Shown one piece after another: positions 8,923 through 19,064 of a DNA stretch of 64,000 nt (its first letter is position 1; every line of letters starts with the position of its first letter). The translations under genes and the position numbers were made by a program. The stretch covers positions 64,001 to 128,000 of the forward strand of contig CAVXGR010000024.1 in the NCBI GenBank assembly GCA_963761335.1. The letters are read 5' to 3'. The notes below the pieces were generated by a model. That model did no database searches. It was not told the DNA's origin and worked only from the letters and a program-made list of their open reading frames with translations. Source of the stretch: an uncultured delta proteobacterium (GTDB taxonomy: Bacteria > Desulfobacterota > Binatia > HRBIN30 > BPIQ01).

Positions 8923-11004
8923 TCAGGGCGCGGTTGCCGGCAGAGTGTTGCGCGCAATGAAGTCGGCGAGCGGCTTGACGACGTTGTTGTCGGCGTCGTC
9001 TTCGGCGGTGACGATGTCGACGTGGGCAAAGCCCTCGCTGATGTAGACCTCGAAGCCGCCGGCGATGCCCCCGAAGGTGGGAAACGCCGGGCTGGGCGCG
9101 CCGGCATCGACGAGGCGCGGGGTGCTGCCGTCGCAGCTCGGCGCCGTGCAGGTGCCGATGCTGTCGGCGAACGGCACGTAGGCTCCGGGCACGGTCGTCA
9201 ATCCGTTGCTGCCGCCGAAGCAGATGATCGGGATGTCGATGTTCGCCGCCTGCGTCAGGTTCTCGATGTCGCGGCGGCCGCGGCCGATCGACAGAGCGCT
9301 GGAATCGAGATTCACCGCTTGCGAGCAATCAGCGTTGGCCGAGCAGGAAGCGCCGACGAGGCCGACCGTGCAGGTGTTCGCGGTGCACACCCCGGAGACG
9401 CTGGTCGTGCTCGGACCGGCATTTGGATAGTACCAGTCGGTGAAGTTGCTGCCGCCGGCGTAGAAGGTGGGGAGCATGCGGTCGAAGCGGGTGACTTCCT
9501 TCTCCTGTCCCCAGACGGACGCCGGGAGCATGGTGGGCGCCGGACCGTTGTCGGGAAGAGCCGAGGCCGGCTGCGGATGGGTGATGTCCAGCCAGGTCAG
9601 CAACCCGTCGACGACCGGTCCGGGGGAGCCGAGCGAGGTCGACACGAAGGAGAAGATCGAGGCGATGGCGCCGTCGTCGTCGAGAAAGCTGCCGAGGCCG
9701 CCTTCCACCGTCGATGCCGGCAGCGCCTGTAGTCCGGCGAGGTCGGGTACCTTGTGTACGGCGTTGTTGCCGGCGGCACCCTGATCGGCCTGGAGAACGT
9801 TCTGGCCGGAGTCGGGATCGTTGATTCCCTGGATGGCGGTTGCCTCCGAGGAGGCGAGGATGCGCGGGTTGAGGAGGCCGGCGACGACGGCGTAGGCCGA
9901 CGTCGGCGGAGTGCATTTCGGCGGCGTCTGCCCGGCGCAGTCGGTGCCTTCCGTCTCCACGGTGCACGCCGTGGTGCCGTCGATGCAGCGGGGAGCGTTG
10001 TCGCGGACGGCACCGAAGAGGCCGCCGTCGAACTTGGCCTCGATGCGATCCAGAGTGTCCTCGCTCAGCGGCTCGCCGCCGGTGGAGCCGCCGCCGCCCT
10101 CGAGGAGGACCAGGCCGCGCAGGTGGCTGTATCCCGGATCGGGATCGCCCTCGCCGCTCAGGTTGAAGTCCGTGGAGGCGTAGCGAGCCGCGAAGCCGGT
10201 GCCGGCGGAATGTCCGCCGACGAAGACGTTGTGATTGGCCGCGGCTGCATCCGCGGCGCGCACCACGGCGTCGATGTCGCGCGAGAAGACGAGGTTCGTC
10301 CAGCTGGCCATGAAGGGGACGTCGTCCTGCGGATTGTAGAAGACGGCGCGGCGATTGGGCCCAGCGGCCAGCGAAGCATCCAAGCTCAGCCCCAGCTCCT
10401 CGCCGAACAGCCAGTCGAGCGCGATCTGCCCATCCTGATGCTCCTCGGCGATATCGAGCCCGATCGTGTCTTCCAGCTGATTGGTGCGGCGGTCGAAGGC
10501 CCAGACCTCGATGTTCATGCCGTGGTCGGCCTTGGCCCGGCGCAGGAGGTTCTCGGCGAGGATCTTGAACGTGTTGGCGCCGGCCTCGAAGCCGGGGACG
10601 AGAATCAGAATGGCATCCGGAGCTCCCGCCCCATCGAGGTGGAAGCGCGTGTAGCGAGCCCGATTGAGAGTGAAGGAAGCTCCGCCGAACTGCGTCAGCA
10701 GCTTGTCGTTGGTGACCGTGACGCCCGGGCTGCCCGGCGTATCCGCCGGCTCCGCCGCGGAGGGGATGTCGATGGTCTCGAACAGAACTGCCAGCGTTGG
10801 AACGGTGGTGGGCGTTGCTGTGTTCTCTACCGACGTCTCCGTCGCGGTGGGCGTCGCCGGCTGTGCGGAAGGCGTGGGCGTGGACACAGCCGGAGCTGAG
10901 GTCGGCGTCGGGATGGGATACGGGTTGCTCGCATCACAGCCGGCGAGGCAGGCGACAGCGATGGTGATGAGGGCTGCGGCGCGAAGCGGTTTCTCGGCTC
11001 TCAT
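8923..11004 (-). CDS. Secreted lipoprotein with alpha/beta-hydrolase fold, Thr/Pro-rich linker and Cys-rich inserts
   Basis: Start ATG 11004 (GAGGAG RBS); lipobox LAGC; ILVPG, VWAFDRR, GHSAG nucleophile elbow, C-terminal FAHVD. Confidence 0.75.
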   Translation of the reverse strand: MRAEKPLRAAALITIAVACLAGCDASNPYPIPTPTSAPAVSTPTPSAQPATPTATETSVENTATPTTVPTLAVLFETIDIPSAAEPADTPGSPGVTVTNDKLLTQFGGASFTLNRARYTRFHLDGAGAPDAILILVPGFEAGANTFKILAENLLRRAKADHGMNIEVWAFDRRTNQLEDTIGLDIAEEHQDGQIALDWLFGEELGLSLDASLAAGPNRRAVFYNPQDDVPFMASWTNLVFSRDIDAVVRAADAAAANHNVFVGGHSAGTGFAARYASTDFNLSGEGDPDPGYSHLRGLVLLEGGGGSTGGEPLSEDTLDRIEAKFDGGLFGAVRDNAPRCIDGTTACTVETEGTDCAGQTPPKCTPPTSAYAVVAGLLNPRILASSEATAIQGINDPDSGQNVLQADQGAAGNNAVHKVPDLAGLQALPASTVEGGLGSFLDDDGAIASIFSFVSTSLGSPGPVVDGLLTWLDITHPQPASALPDNGPAPTMLPASVWGQEKEVTRFDRMLPTFYAGGSNFTDWYYPNAGPSTTSVSGVCTANTCTVGLVGASCSANADCSQAVNLDSSALSIGRGRRDIENLTQAANIDIPIICFGGSNGLTTVPGAYVPFADSIGTCTAPSCDGSTPRLVDAGAPSPAFPTFGGIAGGFEVYISEGFAHVDIVTAEDDADNNVVKPLADFIARNTLPATAP

Positions 11005-11218
11005 GTCGTCTTCTCCTCTTCGCCTGCGGTGCGGTGCTCCCTCGGGCCAGCAAGCGGACCCTACGCTATGTGCGCCGCGGCGGCTCGTCAACAACGATCG
11101 GCAAGCCCCGGCGTGCCGTGCGTGACACCGCGGTTCCCCATTGCTATCCAGGCCTAACGTCGCTAAGCGGTTGTCCAAACACAGAGGGGGGATCACCGAG
11201 TTCGGAGCACGGCGGCGC

Positions 11219-12064
11219 ATGGGATCGATCATCGACGGCAAGGCGGTGGCGCGACAGGTGCGCGAGGGGGTGGAGCGGCAGGTGGATGAGTTTCGCCGCG
11301 CCCACGGCATCGTTCCCGGTCTGGCGACGGTGCTGGTCGGAGACGATCCGGCTTCCGAGATCTATGTGCGCAACAAGCACCGGGCCTGCGGCGAGGTCGG
11401 CATCGCTTCCTTCGGCCATCGGCTGGCGGCGACCACCACCCAGGCGGAGCTGCTGGCGCTGGTGCACGGGCTGAACGAGACTCCCGACGTCCACGGCATC
11501 CTGGTGCAGCTGCCGCTGCCGTCCGGGCTCGACACCGATGCGGTGGTGGAGGCGGTGGATCCGCGCAAGGATGTCGACGGCTTGCACCCGATCAGCCAGG
11601 CGCGGCTTCTCGGCGGCCGCCCCGGCCTGCGGCCGTGCACGCCGCTGGGCATCATGCGCCTGCTCGACTCGGTGGGCGTCGAGCTGCGCGGCAAGCGCGC
11701 CGTCGTCGTCGGCCGCAGCAGCCTGGTGGGCAAGCCCATCGCCTTTCTGCTGCTCGAGCGCCACGCCACGGTGACCATCTGCCACTCGCGCACCGCCGAC
11801 CTGGGCGGTGAGGTGGCGCGCGCCGACGTTCTGATCGCCGCCGTCGGCCATCCCCATCTGATCCGCGGCGAGTGGGTGGCGCCCGGCAGCATCGTCATCG
11901 ACGTGGGCACCAGCCGCGTCGACGGCCGCCTGATCGGCGACGTCGAGTTCGAGGTGGCGCGGCAGCGGGCCGCGCACATCACCCCGGTGCCCGGCGGCGT
12001 CGGCCCGATGACCATTGCCCTGCTCCTGGAGAACACCGTCAGCGCGGCGCGCCAGCAGGTGTAG
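11219..12064 (+). CDS. folD: Bifunctional methylene-THF dehydrogenase/cyclohydrolase
   Basis: [51 protein letters not shown]. Confidence 0.97.
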   Translation: MGSIIDGKAVARQVREGVERQVDEFRRAHGIVPGLATVLVGDDPASEIYVRNKHRACGEVGIASFGHRLAATTTQAELLALVHGLNETPDVHGILVQLPLPSGLDTDAVVEAVDPRKDVDGLHPISQARLLGGRPGLRPCTPLGIMRLLDSVGVELRGKRAVVVGRSSLVGKPIAFLLLERHATVTICHSRTADLGGEVARADVLIAAVGHPHLIRGEWVAPGSIVIDVGTSRVDGRLIGDVEFEVARQRAAHITPVPGGVGPMTIALLLENTVSAARQQV

Positions 12065-12114
12065 CGCCTGCCGCCGCAGCGCAGAGATTCGGCCCTTCGA
12101 AAAAGCACACGCGC

Positions 12115-13203
12115 ATGCGCACCCCACTGTACGACACGCACCGCGCCCTCGGAGCCCGCTTCGTCGACTTCGCCGGGTGGGAGATGCCGGTGCAGTACAC
12201 CGGAATCATCGAGGAGCATCGGGCGGTACGGCAGCGCGCCGGTCTCTTCGACGTGAGCCACATGGGCGAGATCGAGGTGCGTGGCCCCGGCGCCACCGAG
12301 GTCTGTCAGAAGCTCACCGTCAACGACGTCACCCGCCTGGCCGATGGCCAGGTGCAGTACTCGCTTCTCTGCCTGCCGAGCGGCGGCGTGGTCGACGACA
12401 TCACCGTGCACCGTCTGACGCCGCAGCGATACCTGCTGTGCGTCAACGCCTCCAACACGGGGAAAGACTACGACTGGGTGCGCGAAGGTGCGGGTGGCCG
12501 CGCCGAGGTGATCGACCGCAGCCGCGAGTTCGCGCAGCTCGCCCTGCAGGGGCCGGAGGCGATGGCGATCTTGTGTGCCTGCACGCGCGCGCCGGTGGCA
12601 GAGCTGCCCTCGTTCCACTTCGTCGAAGCCGAGGTGGCCGGGGTGCGGGCTCTGGTGGCGCGGACCGGCTACACCGGCGAGGACGGCGCCGAGCTCTACT
12701 GTGACAGCGGCGACGCGGTGCGGCTGTGGTCGGTGCTCATGCAGGAGGGCCAGTCGCGCGGCCTGCAGGCGGCCGGGCTCGGGGCGCGCGACACGCTGCG
12801 CCTGGAGCGGGCTCTGCCGCTCTATGGCCACGAGCTCGACGAGACCACCACGCCTCTGGAGGCCGGGCTCGCTTGGGTGGTGCGCATGGAGACCGACTTC
12901 GTCGGCCGCGAGGCGCTGGAGCGGCAGCGACAGGAAGGTCTGCGGCGGCGGCTCGTGGGCTTCGCGCTGCTCGCCGCGGGGATTCCGCGACAGGGCTATC
13001 CGCTCTCGGCCGCCGGCACGCGTGTCGGCGAGGTCACCAGCGGCACGAAGTCACCCACTCTTGGCAAGGCAATTGGTCTCGGCTATGTGACTGCGGACCA
13101 CGCGCGGGCCGGTGATCGAATCGACGTGGAAATCCGCGGTCGCGCCGCAGCGGCCGAGATCGTCAAGCGGCCATTCTACAAGCGAGCTGAGCCTGGGAGG
13201 TAG
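12115..13203 (+). CDS. gcvT: Glycine cleavage system aminomethyltransferase T
   Basis: [49 protein letters not shown]. Confidence 0.97.
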   Translation: MRTPLYDTHRALGARFVDFAGWEMPVQYTGIIEEHRAVRQRAGLFDVSHMGEIEVRGPGATEVCQKLTVNDVTRLADGQVQYSLLCLPSGGVVDDITVHRLTPQRYLLCVNASNTGKDYDWVREGAGGRAEVIDRSREFAQLALQGPEAMAILCACTRAPVAELPSFHFVEAEVAGVRALVARTGYTGEDGAELYCDSGDAVRLWSVLMQEGQSRGLQAAGLGARDTLRLERALPLYGHELDETTTPLEAGLAWVVRMETDFVGREALERQRQEGLRRRLVGFALLAAGIPRQGYPLSAAGTRVGEVTSGTKSPTLGKAIGLGYVTADHARAGDRIDVEIRGRAAAAEIVKRPFYKRAEPGR

Positions 13204-13205
13204 GC

Positions 13206-13601
13206 ATGGAGTTTCCCGAAGATCTCAAATACACGAAGGAGCACGAGTGGGTTCTCGTGGAAGGGAAGGTGGCCACCGTCGGCATCACCGACTATGCCCA
13301 GGAGCAGCTCGGCGATGTCGTCTACGTCGAGCTGCCGGCGGTGGGCGACAAGGTGAGCAAGGAGGACGCCTTCGGGGTGGTGGAGTCGGTGAAGGCAGTA
13401 TCGGACATTTACGCCCCCCTCAGCGGCAAGGTCATGGAGGTAAACGACGACCTCCCCGACAATCCGGCGATGATCAATGAGGATCCCTACGGCGACGGTT
13501 GGCTGATCAAGATCGAGATCAGCGACGAGGAGGAGCTGGAGGATCTGCTCTCCGTTGCGGAGTATCAGGAGTACACGGCGGAGGAGGAGGAGACGGAGTA
13601 G
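13206..13601 (+). CDS. gcvH: Glycine cleavage system H protein
   Basis: LKYTKEHEW, GITDYAQEQLGDVVYV, VESVKA (lipoyl Lys), INEDPYGDGW. Confidence 0.98.
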   Translation: MEFPEDLKYTKEHEWVLVEGKVATVGITDYAQEQLGDVVYVELPAVGDKVSKEDAFGVVESVKAVSDIYAPLSGKVMEVNDDLPDNPAMINEDPYGDGWLIKIEISDEEELEDLLSVAEYQEYTAEEEETE

Positions 13602-13623
13602 GGATCTCGGCCCCGCTCCTTCG

Positions 13624-14961
13624 ATGCGTTTCATTCCGCACACCGCTGGCGACGTCGAGGCGATGCTCGACGCCGTCGGCGTCGGCTCCGTCGACGAGCT
13701 GTTCACCGCGGTTCCCGAGCCCCTGTTGCGCACGGCGCCATTGCAGCTGCCGGCGGGGCTGTCGGAGCGGGACGTGCAACGCCGCCTGCAGGCGCTGGCC
13801 ACCGGCAACCCGGCGGCGCACCGGCCCTGCTTCATCGGCGCGGGCGCCTATGCGCACTTCAGTCCGGCCGTCGTCGACCACGTCATCCAGCGCGCCGAGT
13901 TCTACTCGGCATACACGCCGTATCAGCCGGAGGTCAGCCAGGGGACCCTGCAGGCGATCTACGAGTTTCAGACCCTGATCGCCTCCCTCCTCGGCCTCGA
14001 CGTCGCTAACGCCAGCATGTACGACGGCGCCTCGGCGGCGGCCGAGGCGGTTCTGATGGCGCTGCGCATCCACTCCGGCCGCTGCCGCGTCCTGCTCAGC
14101 CGCGCCCTGCATCCGCACTACGTCCAGGTGATCCACACCTATCTGCGCGACGCCGCCGAGGTGGACCTCGTCGAGGTGCCCTGGGACGACAGCGGTCGCA
14201 CCGATCTGCGACGGCTGCGCGAGCTGGCCGGCAGCGACACGGCCGCAGTGGTAGTCGGCTATCCGAACGTCTTCGGGGTGCTCGACGACGTCGCCGGGGC
14301 CAGCGCTCTGGCGCAGGCGGCGGGCGCGCTGACGATCACGGCGACCGCCGAGTCCCTGGCCCTCGGCGCGGTGCGATCCCCCGGCTCCCTGGGCGCCGAT
14401 ATCGCTGTCGCCGAAGGGCAGAGCTTCGGCATACCGCTCTCTTATGGAGGTCCCGGCGTGGGCCTGTTCGCCACCCGCCTGTCGCATGTCCGCCTGATGC
14501 CGGGCCGTCTGGTGGGCGAGACGGTCGACACCTCCGGCCGCCGCGCCTTCGTCTTGACGCTGGCGACGCGCGAGCAACACATCCGCCGCGAGAAGGCGAC
14601 CTCGAACATCTGCACCAATCACTCCCTCATGGCTCTGGCCGCCACCGTCTATCTGACCGTGCTCGGCAAGCGCGGGCTGCGGGCGTTGGCCGCCGAGAAC
14701 CTGCGGGCGGCGCACGCCGTCGCCGAGCGCCTGTGCGCCGGCGGCCGCTGGCGGCGCCGCTTCTCGGGCCCAGTCTTCAACGAGCTGGTTCTGCAGAGCG
14801 ACGACCTGGAGGCGGCGCTGCGAGGCGCCGCGGACGCCGGCGTGCTTCCCGGGCTGGAGATGAGTCGCTGGTTTCCCGAGCTCGCGGATTGCCTCCTCCT
14901 GTGCGTCACCGAGGTCAACACGGCGGCGGAGATCGAGCGGCTGGTGGAGGCTCTTTCGTGA
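13624..14961 (+). CDS. gcvPA: Glycine dehydrogenase (decarboxylating) subunit 1
   Basis: MRFIPHT, YTPYQPEVSQGTLQAIYEFQ, NASMYDG, REQHIRREKATSNICTN. Confidence 0.96.
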   Translation: MRFIPHTAGDVEAMLDAVGVGSVDELFTAVPEPLLRTAPLQLPAGLSERDVQRRLQALATGNPAAHRPCFIGAGAYAHFSPAVVDHVIQRAEFYSAYTPYQPEVSQGTLQAIYEFQTLIASLLGLDVANASMYDGASAAAEAVLMALRIHSGRCRVLLSRALHPHYVQVIHTYLRDAAEVDLVEVPWDDSGRTDLRRLRELAGSDTAAVVVGYPNVFGVLDDVAGASALAQAAGALTITATAESLALGAVRSPGSLGADIAVAEGQSFGIPLSYGGPGVGLFATRLSHVRLMPGRLVGETVDTSGRRAFVLTLATREQHIRREKATSNICTNHSLMALAATVYLTVLGKRGLRALAAENLRAAHAVAERLCAGGRWRRRFSGPVFNELVLQSDDLEAALRGAADAGVLPGLEMSRWFPELADCLLLCVTEVNTAAEIERLVEALS

Positions 14962-16436
14962 GCGACGGTGGCAAGCAGGCCGGGCTGCTGTTGGATGAGC
15001 CGCTGATCTTCGAACGCAGCCGGCCGGGCCGGGCCGGCGTGCAGATCGATGCGTCGGCGGAGGAGGCTCTCGAGCTGCTGCCGCCGGAGCTGCGCCGCGA
15101 GCAGCTCGAGGATTTTCCGGAGGTGAGTGAGCCCGAGGTGCTGCGCCATTTCCTGCGCCTCTCGCAGTGGAACCTCGGCGCCGCGACGACCTTCTACCCC
15201 CTTGGATCGTGCACCATGAAGTACAACCCGCTGACCAACGAGGCGGTGGCGCGACTCCCCGGGTTCGCCGATCTGCATCCCCTGGTGCCGGACGAAGGCG
15301 CCCAGGGCATGCTCGAGCTGATTGCGGCGCTCGAGGAGGTGCTCGCCGAGATCAGCGGCATGGACGCGGTGTCCCTGCAGCCGGCGGCGGGCGCCCAGGG
15401 CGAGCTGACCGGGATGAAGATGATCCGCGCCTACCACGTGGAGCGGGGCCGGCCGCGCTCCAAGGTGCTGGTCCCGGCGTCGGCGCACGGCACCAACCCG
15501 GCCAGCGCCGCGCTCTGCGGCTACTCCGTGGTCCAGGTGGCGGCCGGCCCGGCCGGAGTGCTGGAAGCCGAGCGGGTGCGCCAGGCGATGAACGAGGACG
15601 TTGCGGCGCTGATGGTGACCAATCCCAACACTCTCGGGCTGTTCGAGCGCGAGATCGTGCAGGTGATCGAGGCGGTGCACGCCGGCGGCGGGCTCGTCTA
15701 CATGGATGGCGCCAATCTCAACGCCCTCATGGGTGTCGCCAAGCCCGGGCACATGGGCGCCGACGTTCTGCAGTTCAACCTGCACAAGACCTTCTCCACC
15801 CCGCACGGCGGCGGCGGCCCCGGCGCCGGCCCGGTCGGAGTGCGCCGCGATCTCGTCCCCTACCTGCCCGTGCCGCGGCTGCGGCGCGAGGATGGTCGTC
15901 TGCGTTGGAGCGAGGACTGTCCCCGCTCGATTGGGCGGGTGCGGGCGTTCCACGCCAACGTCGGCATGCTGGTCCGTGCCTACGCCTACATCCTGGCTCT
16001 CGGCGGCGACGGCCTGCATGAGGCGACGCGCATGGCGGTGCTGTCGGCGAACTATATCCGCCGCCGCCTCGAGGACGCCTATCACCTGCCGTTTCCGCAG
16101 GTGTGCATGCACGAGTGCGTGTTCACCGACAAGCGTCTCGAGCGATACGGAGTGAAGACTCTCGACGTCGCCAAGCGCCTGCTGGATTTCGGCTTTTACG
16201 CGCCGACGATCTATTTTCCGCTGGTGGTCAACGGCGCCATCATGGTCGAGCCGACGGAGAGCGAGAGCAAGCAGACGCTGGACGAGTTCATCGCCGCCAT
16301 GGAGCAGATCGCCCGCGAGGCGCGCGAGACACCCGAGGTGGTGCGCAACGCGCCGACGCAGACGCCGGTGGCGCGCCTCGACGAGGCACGCGCCGCGCGC
16401 CATCCGCTGCTGCGCTGGCGGCCGCCGCCGCGCTGA
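14958..16436 (+). CDS. gcvPB: Glycine dehydrogenase (decarboxylating) subunit 2
   Basis: GTG overlaps gcvPA stop (GTGA); PLGSCTMKYNP, SAHGTNPASA, NLHKTFSTPHGGGGPG (PLP Lys), EPTESESK. Confidence 0.96.
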   Translation: MSDGGKQAGLLLDEPLIFERSRPGRAGVQIDASAEEALELLPPELRREQLEDFPEVSEPEVLRHFLRLSQWNLGAATTFYPLGSCTMKYNPLTNEAVARLPGFADLHPLVPDEGAQGMLELIAALEEVLAEISGMDAVSLQPAAGAQGELTGMKMIRAYHVERGRPRSKVLVPASAHGTNPASAALCGYSVVQVAAGPAGVLEAERVRQAMNEDVAALMVTNPNTLGLFEREIVQVIEAVHAGGGLVYMDGANLNALMGVAKPGHMGADVLQFNLHKTFSTPHGGGGPGAGPVGVRRDLVPYLPVPRLRREDGRLRWSEDCPRSIGRVRAFHANVGMLVRAYAYILALGGDGLHEATRMAVLSANYIRRRLEDAYHLPFPQVCMHECVFTDKRLERYGVKTLDVAKRLLDFGFYAPTIYFPLVVNGAIMVEPTESESKQTLDEFIAAMEQIAREARETPEVVRNAPTQTPVARLDEARAARHPLLRWRPPPR

Positions 16437-16506
16437 TCGTCGTCCGAAGAGGCAGAAGCGCCGTCCCGGCGCTCGCGGCAGCCCCGAGCCACCGCTTCCG
16501 TTCCGC

Positions 16507-17667
16507 CTACTTCAGACCCACGCCGGCGACGCCGCTGTAGCCGTAGGCGAGACCGGCGCTGCGCGCGTCGTTGCCCACCTGCACGGCGATGTCGGCCATG
16601 AGGATGAAGTGGATGTTGCCGTCGTCGGCCTCGGCTCCCTGCGGAGGATTGGCGTCGAAGAAGATGTCCGGGCGGGTGGCGTTCAGCAGGGCGCGGTCGA
16701 CGGAGAGACCGCTGCCGCCGTCGTGCCGCAGCAGGCGGGCGGAGACCAGATTGCCCTTCTTGTCCATGATCGCCTCGACGGTCGCCGCTTCGCGGCCGCC
16801 CTGCAAGCCGCTCTGGCGTATGGAGTAGTTGAACTGGATCTCCAGGGACTCGAAGACGCGCTTGGCGACGCGGCGCACGAAAGGCGCGAACAGGCTGGCC
16901 TTGGTGTTCAGCAGGGTGATGTCGCCCTCGCGCACGCTCGGCAGGAAGTCGCGGGTGCCCGGTCGCCCGGCAAAGGCGAGGGCGTTACCGGTGTTGAGCA
17001 GGTCGCGCTCGGCGGCCGGCGGCGGCGGCTGGCTGCCGGCCCGTCCCTGGCGCGCCAGCTCCTCGGCTTTCGGCAACAGGCTGTCGAGCGAGGGCAGTCG
17101 CGCGAGTCGTTGCGGCCGCCCGGCGGCGGGTTCGCTCGCCATCTCGCCCGCCTCGGCCGGGTGGCGGTCCGCGGCCGCTTTCTCCGCCGCCTGCGGATGC
17201 TCTGCGGCGGGGCGCGGGGGGCGCGCCGCCGGCTGCGGCGCCGGCTTTGCAAGAGGCGCGGGGGCCAGCGGCTTCTGCGCCTCGCCGGCGATCACCGACT
17301 TCTCCCCAGTCTTTCCGCCTTCCCCGTGACGCACGCGCTGCTCGGGAACGGTGACATCGCGATCACTCAGCAGGCGCGTGTCCTCCGGCCGCTTCTCCTC
17401 ACCTGCATCGGGGGGCTCGACCACCTGATGCTCGGGTAGAGCCGGGGCCGCCGGCTTCTCGGCGGCGCTCGCCTGCGGAGGTGCCTTGGGTACCGGTGCC
17501 GGGCGCGGCCGTGGCCTCGGAGGCGGCAGGGAGACGAGATCGACGACCACCGGTTCGGGCACCGAGATGCCGTGCAGCTGCTGCGCGGTGCGCATCACCC
17601 CGAGGATCAGAAAATGGATGAGCACCGACAGCACGACGGCGGTGCCGAAGCGCGAGCGGTCGGTCAT
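16507..17667 (-). CDS. TonB/TolA-like single-pass protein with Pro-rich linker and TonB-C-like domain
   Basis: Start ATG 17667; S.L.H motif in TM (SVLIH); Pro/Ala-rich spacer; C-terminal EGDITLLNT..FAPFVRRV...G.L.....SG..VDRA. Confidence 0.7.
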   Translation of the reverse strand: MTDRSRFGTAVVLSVLIHFLILGVMRTAQQLHGISVPEPVVVDLVSLPPPRPRPRPAPVPKAPPQASAAEKPAAPALPEHQVVEPPDAGEEKRPEDTRLLSDRDVTVPEQRVRHGEGGKTGEKSVIAGEAQKPLAPAPLAKPAPQPAARPPRPAAEHPQAAEKAAADRHPAEAGEMASEPAAGRPQRLARLPSLDSLLPKAEELARQGRAGSQPPPPAAERDLLNTGNALAFAGRPGTRDFLPSVREGDITLLNTKASLFAPFVRRVAKRVFESLEIQFNYSIRQSGLQGGREAATVEAIMDKKGNLVSARLLRHDGGSGLSVDRALLNATRPDIFFDANPPQGAEADDGNIHFILMADIAVQVGNDARSAGLAYGYSGVAGVGLK

Positions 17668-17698
17668 GGTGGCGGTCACGGCTGGCGATCTCCGCGAG

Positions 17699-17728
17699 TT
17701 GCACCGCGGGCGAGGGTCGGCGTATAGT
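17699..17728 (+). promoter_or_regulatory. Possible sigma-70 promoter for tatA
   Basis: TTGCAC-N18-TATAGT, 23 bp upstream of the tatA ATG. Confidence 0.35.
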
Positions 17729-17751
17729 ATGGCCGAAATGCGAGGCCGCAC

Positions 17752-17958
17752 ATGTTCGGACTTGGCGTAGGTGAGCTGATCCTGATTCTCGTCATCGTGC
17801 TGATCATCTTCGGTGCCGGCAAGCTGCCGGAGATCGGGGAGGGGTTGGGGCGGGGAATCAAGAATTTCCGCAAGGCCGTCAAATCGCCTGACGAGATCGA
17901 TATCACCCCCGACCAGGATCGGCCCGAGAAGCCCGAGGAGCGCAAGGCCGAAGGCTGA
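17752..17958 (+). CDS. tatA: Twin-arginine translocase subunit TatA/E
   Basis: [41 protein letters not shown]. Confidence 0.96.
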   Translation: MFGLGVGELILILVIVLIIFGAGKLPEIGEGLGRGIKNFRKAVKSPDEIDITPDQDRPEKPEERKAEG

Positions 17959-18034
17959 GCACCGCTCGCGGGCTCGGGACGGCGGCGGGCACAGCAGTGC
18001 CTCGCCCACCGCCCTGGGGTTGCGCCGGGGAAGC

Positions 18035-19048
18035 TCACAGCTGCCGGCGCGCCGCGGTCACCCGGCTGAGATACTCCGCGACCGTCGGCGGCGGGTCGGC
18101 GAAGACCACGGCGAAGGGCGCCGACTCTCCCGGCTGCAGGACGAGGGGCTTCGAGGGTTCGACGCGCCGCAGGATCTCGAGCTCGCGCAGCGTGAGATCC
18201 TGGAGCATGCGCTCGGTCAGAATACCGCCGCACGTGGTCACCTGGCTGCGCAGCTCGTTGGCGGTGCCGTCGAGCAGGGTCGCCTGGACCTGGATGCTGC
18301 GCAGCGGATGCGAGGCGGTATTGGTGGCGTTGCCGGAGACCACGAAGATGTCCTTGCCGCCCTTGACGCGCACGTAAGAGCCGGTGACGCCGGTGAGCGC
18401 CACCTTGCGAAAGAGGAGGCGGTCGGCGGCCATCGAGCTGCCGACCAGCGGAAGGGCGGAGACAAAGCGATCGGTGAGCTCGTAGTTGCTCATCAGGGCA
18501 CGCGCCACCAGATAGTAGATGCCGACGACGGCGAGAAAGAAGAGAAACACCGAGCGCAGCGAGGCGCGGCGGCGGCTCATGGCGCCATCGTCACCGGCGG
18601 CCTCCGCGGACTGCACCTCGTCATCGGCTTCGCCTCCCCGGGCGTTCTCCTCATCCTCGTCTTCATCCCCGTCCTCATCTTCGTCCTCGCCGTCCTCCTC
18701 CGCATCCTCACCAGCCTCCTCGAGGTCCAGCGCCGGGGCCGGGGTGTTGGCGGAGCGCGGCGCCTGCTCGTCGGCGGCATCGATCGAGAAGCTCTCTTCG
18801 GCCAGATCGAGGGGCAGCTCCCCCTGGCTTTCCTCCCATTCGGGGTCCTCGAATGAGAACGACAGCTCCTGCTCGCTCGGCGGCCGAGGCGGCTCCGCCT
18901 TCGCCTTGGCGCGCGGCTTCGATCGTTGTTTTCCCGGCACGGGAAATATATGACGGCAGCGCGAGCACTTCAGCATCGGGTTCGCGCCCGCCAAGCGGGA
19001 GTCGGCGAGGCGGAAGCGGGTGTTGCAGTATGGGCACTGAACGATCAC
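18035..19048 (-). CDS. Zinc-ribbon (MJ0042-type) + acidic linker + TM + DUF3426-like periplasmic domain
   Basis: GTG 19048: MIVQCPYCNTRFRL...LKCSRCRHIF; D/E-rich tract; one TM; C-terminal LQPGESAPFAVVF. Confidence 0.8.
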   Translation of the reverse strand: MIVQCPYCNTRFRLADSRLAGANPMLKCSRCRHIFPVPGKQRSKPRAKAKAEPPRPPSEQELSFSFEDPEWEESQGELPLDLAEESFSIDAADEQAPRSANTPAPALDLEEAGEDAEEDGEDEDEDGDEDEDEENARGGEADDEVQSAEAAGDDGAMSRRRASLRSVFLFFLAVVGIYYLVARALMSNYELTDRFVSALPLVGSSMAADRLLFRKVALTGVTGSYVRVKGGKDIFVVSGNATNTASHPLRSIQVQATLLDGTANELRSQVTTCGGILTERMLQDLTLRELEILRRVEPSKPLVLQPGESAPFAVVFADPPPTVAEYLSRVTAARRQL

Positions 19049-19064
19049 GCGGCAGGAGGATTCT

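Noticed and set aside
11005..12114. Glycine riboswitch upstream of folD or gcvT
   Set aside because: No recognisable tandem aptamer motifs; only about 50 bp separate folD and gcvT. A covariance-model search would be needed to exclude it fully
18640..18725. Short TCCTCATC/TCGTC periodic repeats
   Set aside because: Explained by the Asp/Glu-rich linker codons of the zinc-ribbon protein
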